Shown: piece by piece, positions 54,731-55,950 of the stretch | Layout: every line of letters begins with the position of its first letter | Position numbering within the stretch: position 1 is the first letter of the stretch | Origin: Dehalococcoidia bacterium | GTDB lineage: Bacteria > Chloroflexota > Dehalococcoidia > GIF9 > UBA5629 | DNA length: 55,950 bases | Direction of reading: 5' to 3' | Assembly (NCBI GenBank): GCA_050011565.1 | Contig: JBEKIW010000007.1 | Coordinates: 1 to 55,950 of the forward strand | Program-made: the position numbers and the translations under genes | The notes under the pieces: generated by a model | Databases searched by the model: none | What the model was told of the DNA's origin: nothing | The model's input: only the letters and a program-made list of their open reading frames with translations

Positions 54731-55950
54731 CTAATTACTCATATAGACAACCACGTAGCTAATTGTCATCGTTGTCGTCGTATCATTGTTTATCCTCAAG
54801 CCAAAGCCTGAGACCGGGTAAGAAGCATAGCGAGCACCGGCTGCCACAACGGTGGTCCAGATCGTCACATTCCAGACATCAACATTATACCTAAGTCCAG
54901 TACTCTGAATGCCTATAGTGCCCATGAACGGTAACGTGCTCGGTGTTATGATATCTACAGACACGCCCGGTGCCAAAATAATGTCTCCCCTGGCGCTGCC
55001 CAGCAAAACTCCCGGTGATGGAGGTAAAACAACCGTAAAGCTTGCCGCAGCTTCAACAGAACCACCAGAAGGTATGTCAGCCAGCACCTGGTAAACTCCG
55101 GCTGCTATCGCTGGTACCGTCAGAGTGACTCCTGTTGGAATGAAACCGGCATCAGTGGTAGTCACCGATACTCGAGGCTCAACAAGTTCTATGGCACCAT
55201 TGCCATTGCTGTCAAAACCGACTGCACCGACAGTATTCGGCGCAAAACCGCTGCCGGTAATCGTTATTACTGTCCCTGATGTTCCCGAGACGGGACTCAA
55301 GGCTATAGCTCTGACGAGCACCGTGAAGTTGGCCGAGGCTTCAACAGACCCACCCGAAGGTATGTCAGCCACCACTGGATAAGTACCTGGTGCCACTGCT
55401 GGTACCGCAAGGGTGATTCCAGCAGGGATGGCACCAGCCGCCGTAGTAGTCACTGATACCCGAGGCTCACCAGGGTCCAGGGCACCACTGCCATCGCTGT
55501 CAAAACCGACTGCACCAGCAGTATTCGGCGCAAAACCGCTGCCGGTAATCGTTATTACCGTACCGGGTGCTCCCGAGACAGGACTCAACGTTATAGCTCT
55601 GACGAGCACCGTGAAGTTTGCCGAAGCTTCAACTGGCATGCCCACAGGTATGTCAGCCAGCACCTGGTAAACTCCGGCTGGCACCGCTGGCACCGTCAGG
55701 ATGGTTCCGGCGGTGATGGCACCAGCCGCCGTGGTAGCCACCGACACTTGCGGTTCACCGGGGTCTATGGCACCATTACCATTGCTGTCAAAGCCGACTG
55801 CACCAGCAATATTTGACCCAAAACCGCTGCCGGTAATCGTTATTACCGTACCGGGCACCCCTGAGGCGGGAGTTAAGGTTATGCTGGGTACAGGTATGGT
55901 AAAGCTTGCCGCAGCTTCAACAGGCACACCCACAGGTATGTCAGCCAGCA
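54731..55950 (-). CDS. Surface protein with tandem ~96-aa IPT/TIG-like repeats; 5' end lies outside the window
   Basis: Repeated ITL.P.SG.PGTVITITGSGF..N..GAVGFDSNGNG..D.GEP at a 288-bp period; the frame stays open to the window end. Confidence 0.88.
   Translation of the reverse strand, partial: LADIPVGVPVEAAASFTIPVPSITLTPASGVPGTVITITGSGFGSNIAGAVGFDSNGNGAIDPGEPQVSVATTAAGAITAGTILTVPAVPAGVYQVLADIPVGMPVEASANFTVLVRAITLSPVSGAPGTVITITGSGFAPNTAGAVGFDSDGSGALDPGEPRVSVTTTAAGAIPAGITLAVPAVAPGTYPVVADIPSGGSVEASANFTVLVRAIALSPVSGTSGTVITITGSGFAPNTVGAVGFDSNGNGAIELVEPRVSVTTTDAGFIPTGVTLTVPAIAAGVYQVLADIPSGGSVEAAASFTVVLPPSPGVLLGSARGDIILAPGVSVDIITPSTLPFMGTIGIQSTGLRYNVDVWNVTIWTTVVAAGARYASYPVSGFGLRINNDTTTTMTISYVVVYMSN

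Overview
This is a gene-dense bacterial window. The gene content (purF-purM-purH block, tlyA divergent from a DUF5679-type zinc-ribbon gene, CARDB/FG-GAP/IPT surface proteins, radical acyl-CoA enzymes) suggests an anaerobic Dehalococcoidia (Chloroflexota) genome; this is inferred, not searched. It contains two partial repeat-rich surface proteins at the ends, two 4-hydroxybutyryl-CoA dehydratase/HpaB-family paralogues, an ACT-malic enzyme and a DUF47-Pit-small protein-PhoU phosphate locus. It also carries assorted hydrolases and transporters, a four-gene benzoyl-CoA reductase/2-hydroxyacyl-CoA dehydratase cluster and purine genes. The most interesting region is a ~10 kb arsenic island (26028-36300) made of two ArsR-headed operons, each with a clear sigma70 promoter and palindromic operator. 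Besides arsP, acr3, arsM and ArsF/ArsG-like genes, it encodes (i) a soluble MtrA-like corrinoid domain fused to an AcsC/CdhE-type [4Fe-4S] domain, (ii) a CARDB lipoprotein whose UGA is followed by a bacterial SECIS-like hairpin, giving a candidate C-terminal CGYGG-U-GG selenoprotein, and (iii) a Cys-enriched CcdA plus extracytoplasmic thiol proteins; there is no arsC. Together these suggest a possibly undescribed corrinoid/selenium-linked arsenic-handling system. Other observations are an amber-interrupted Cys-rich membrane protein, a probable 1-nt frameshift, leaderless promoters, an unclassified long hairpin and several short palindromic repeat families. I found no tRNA, rRNA, CRISPR array or transposase.
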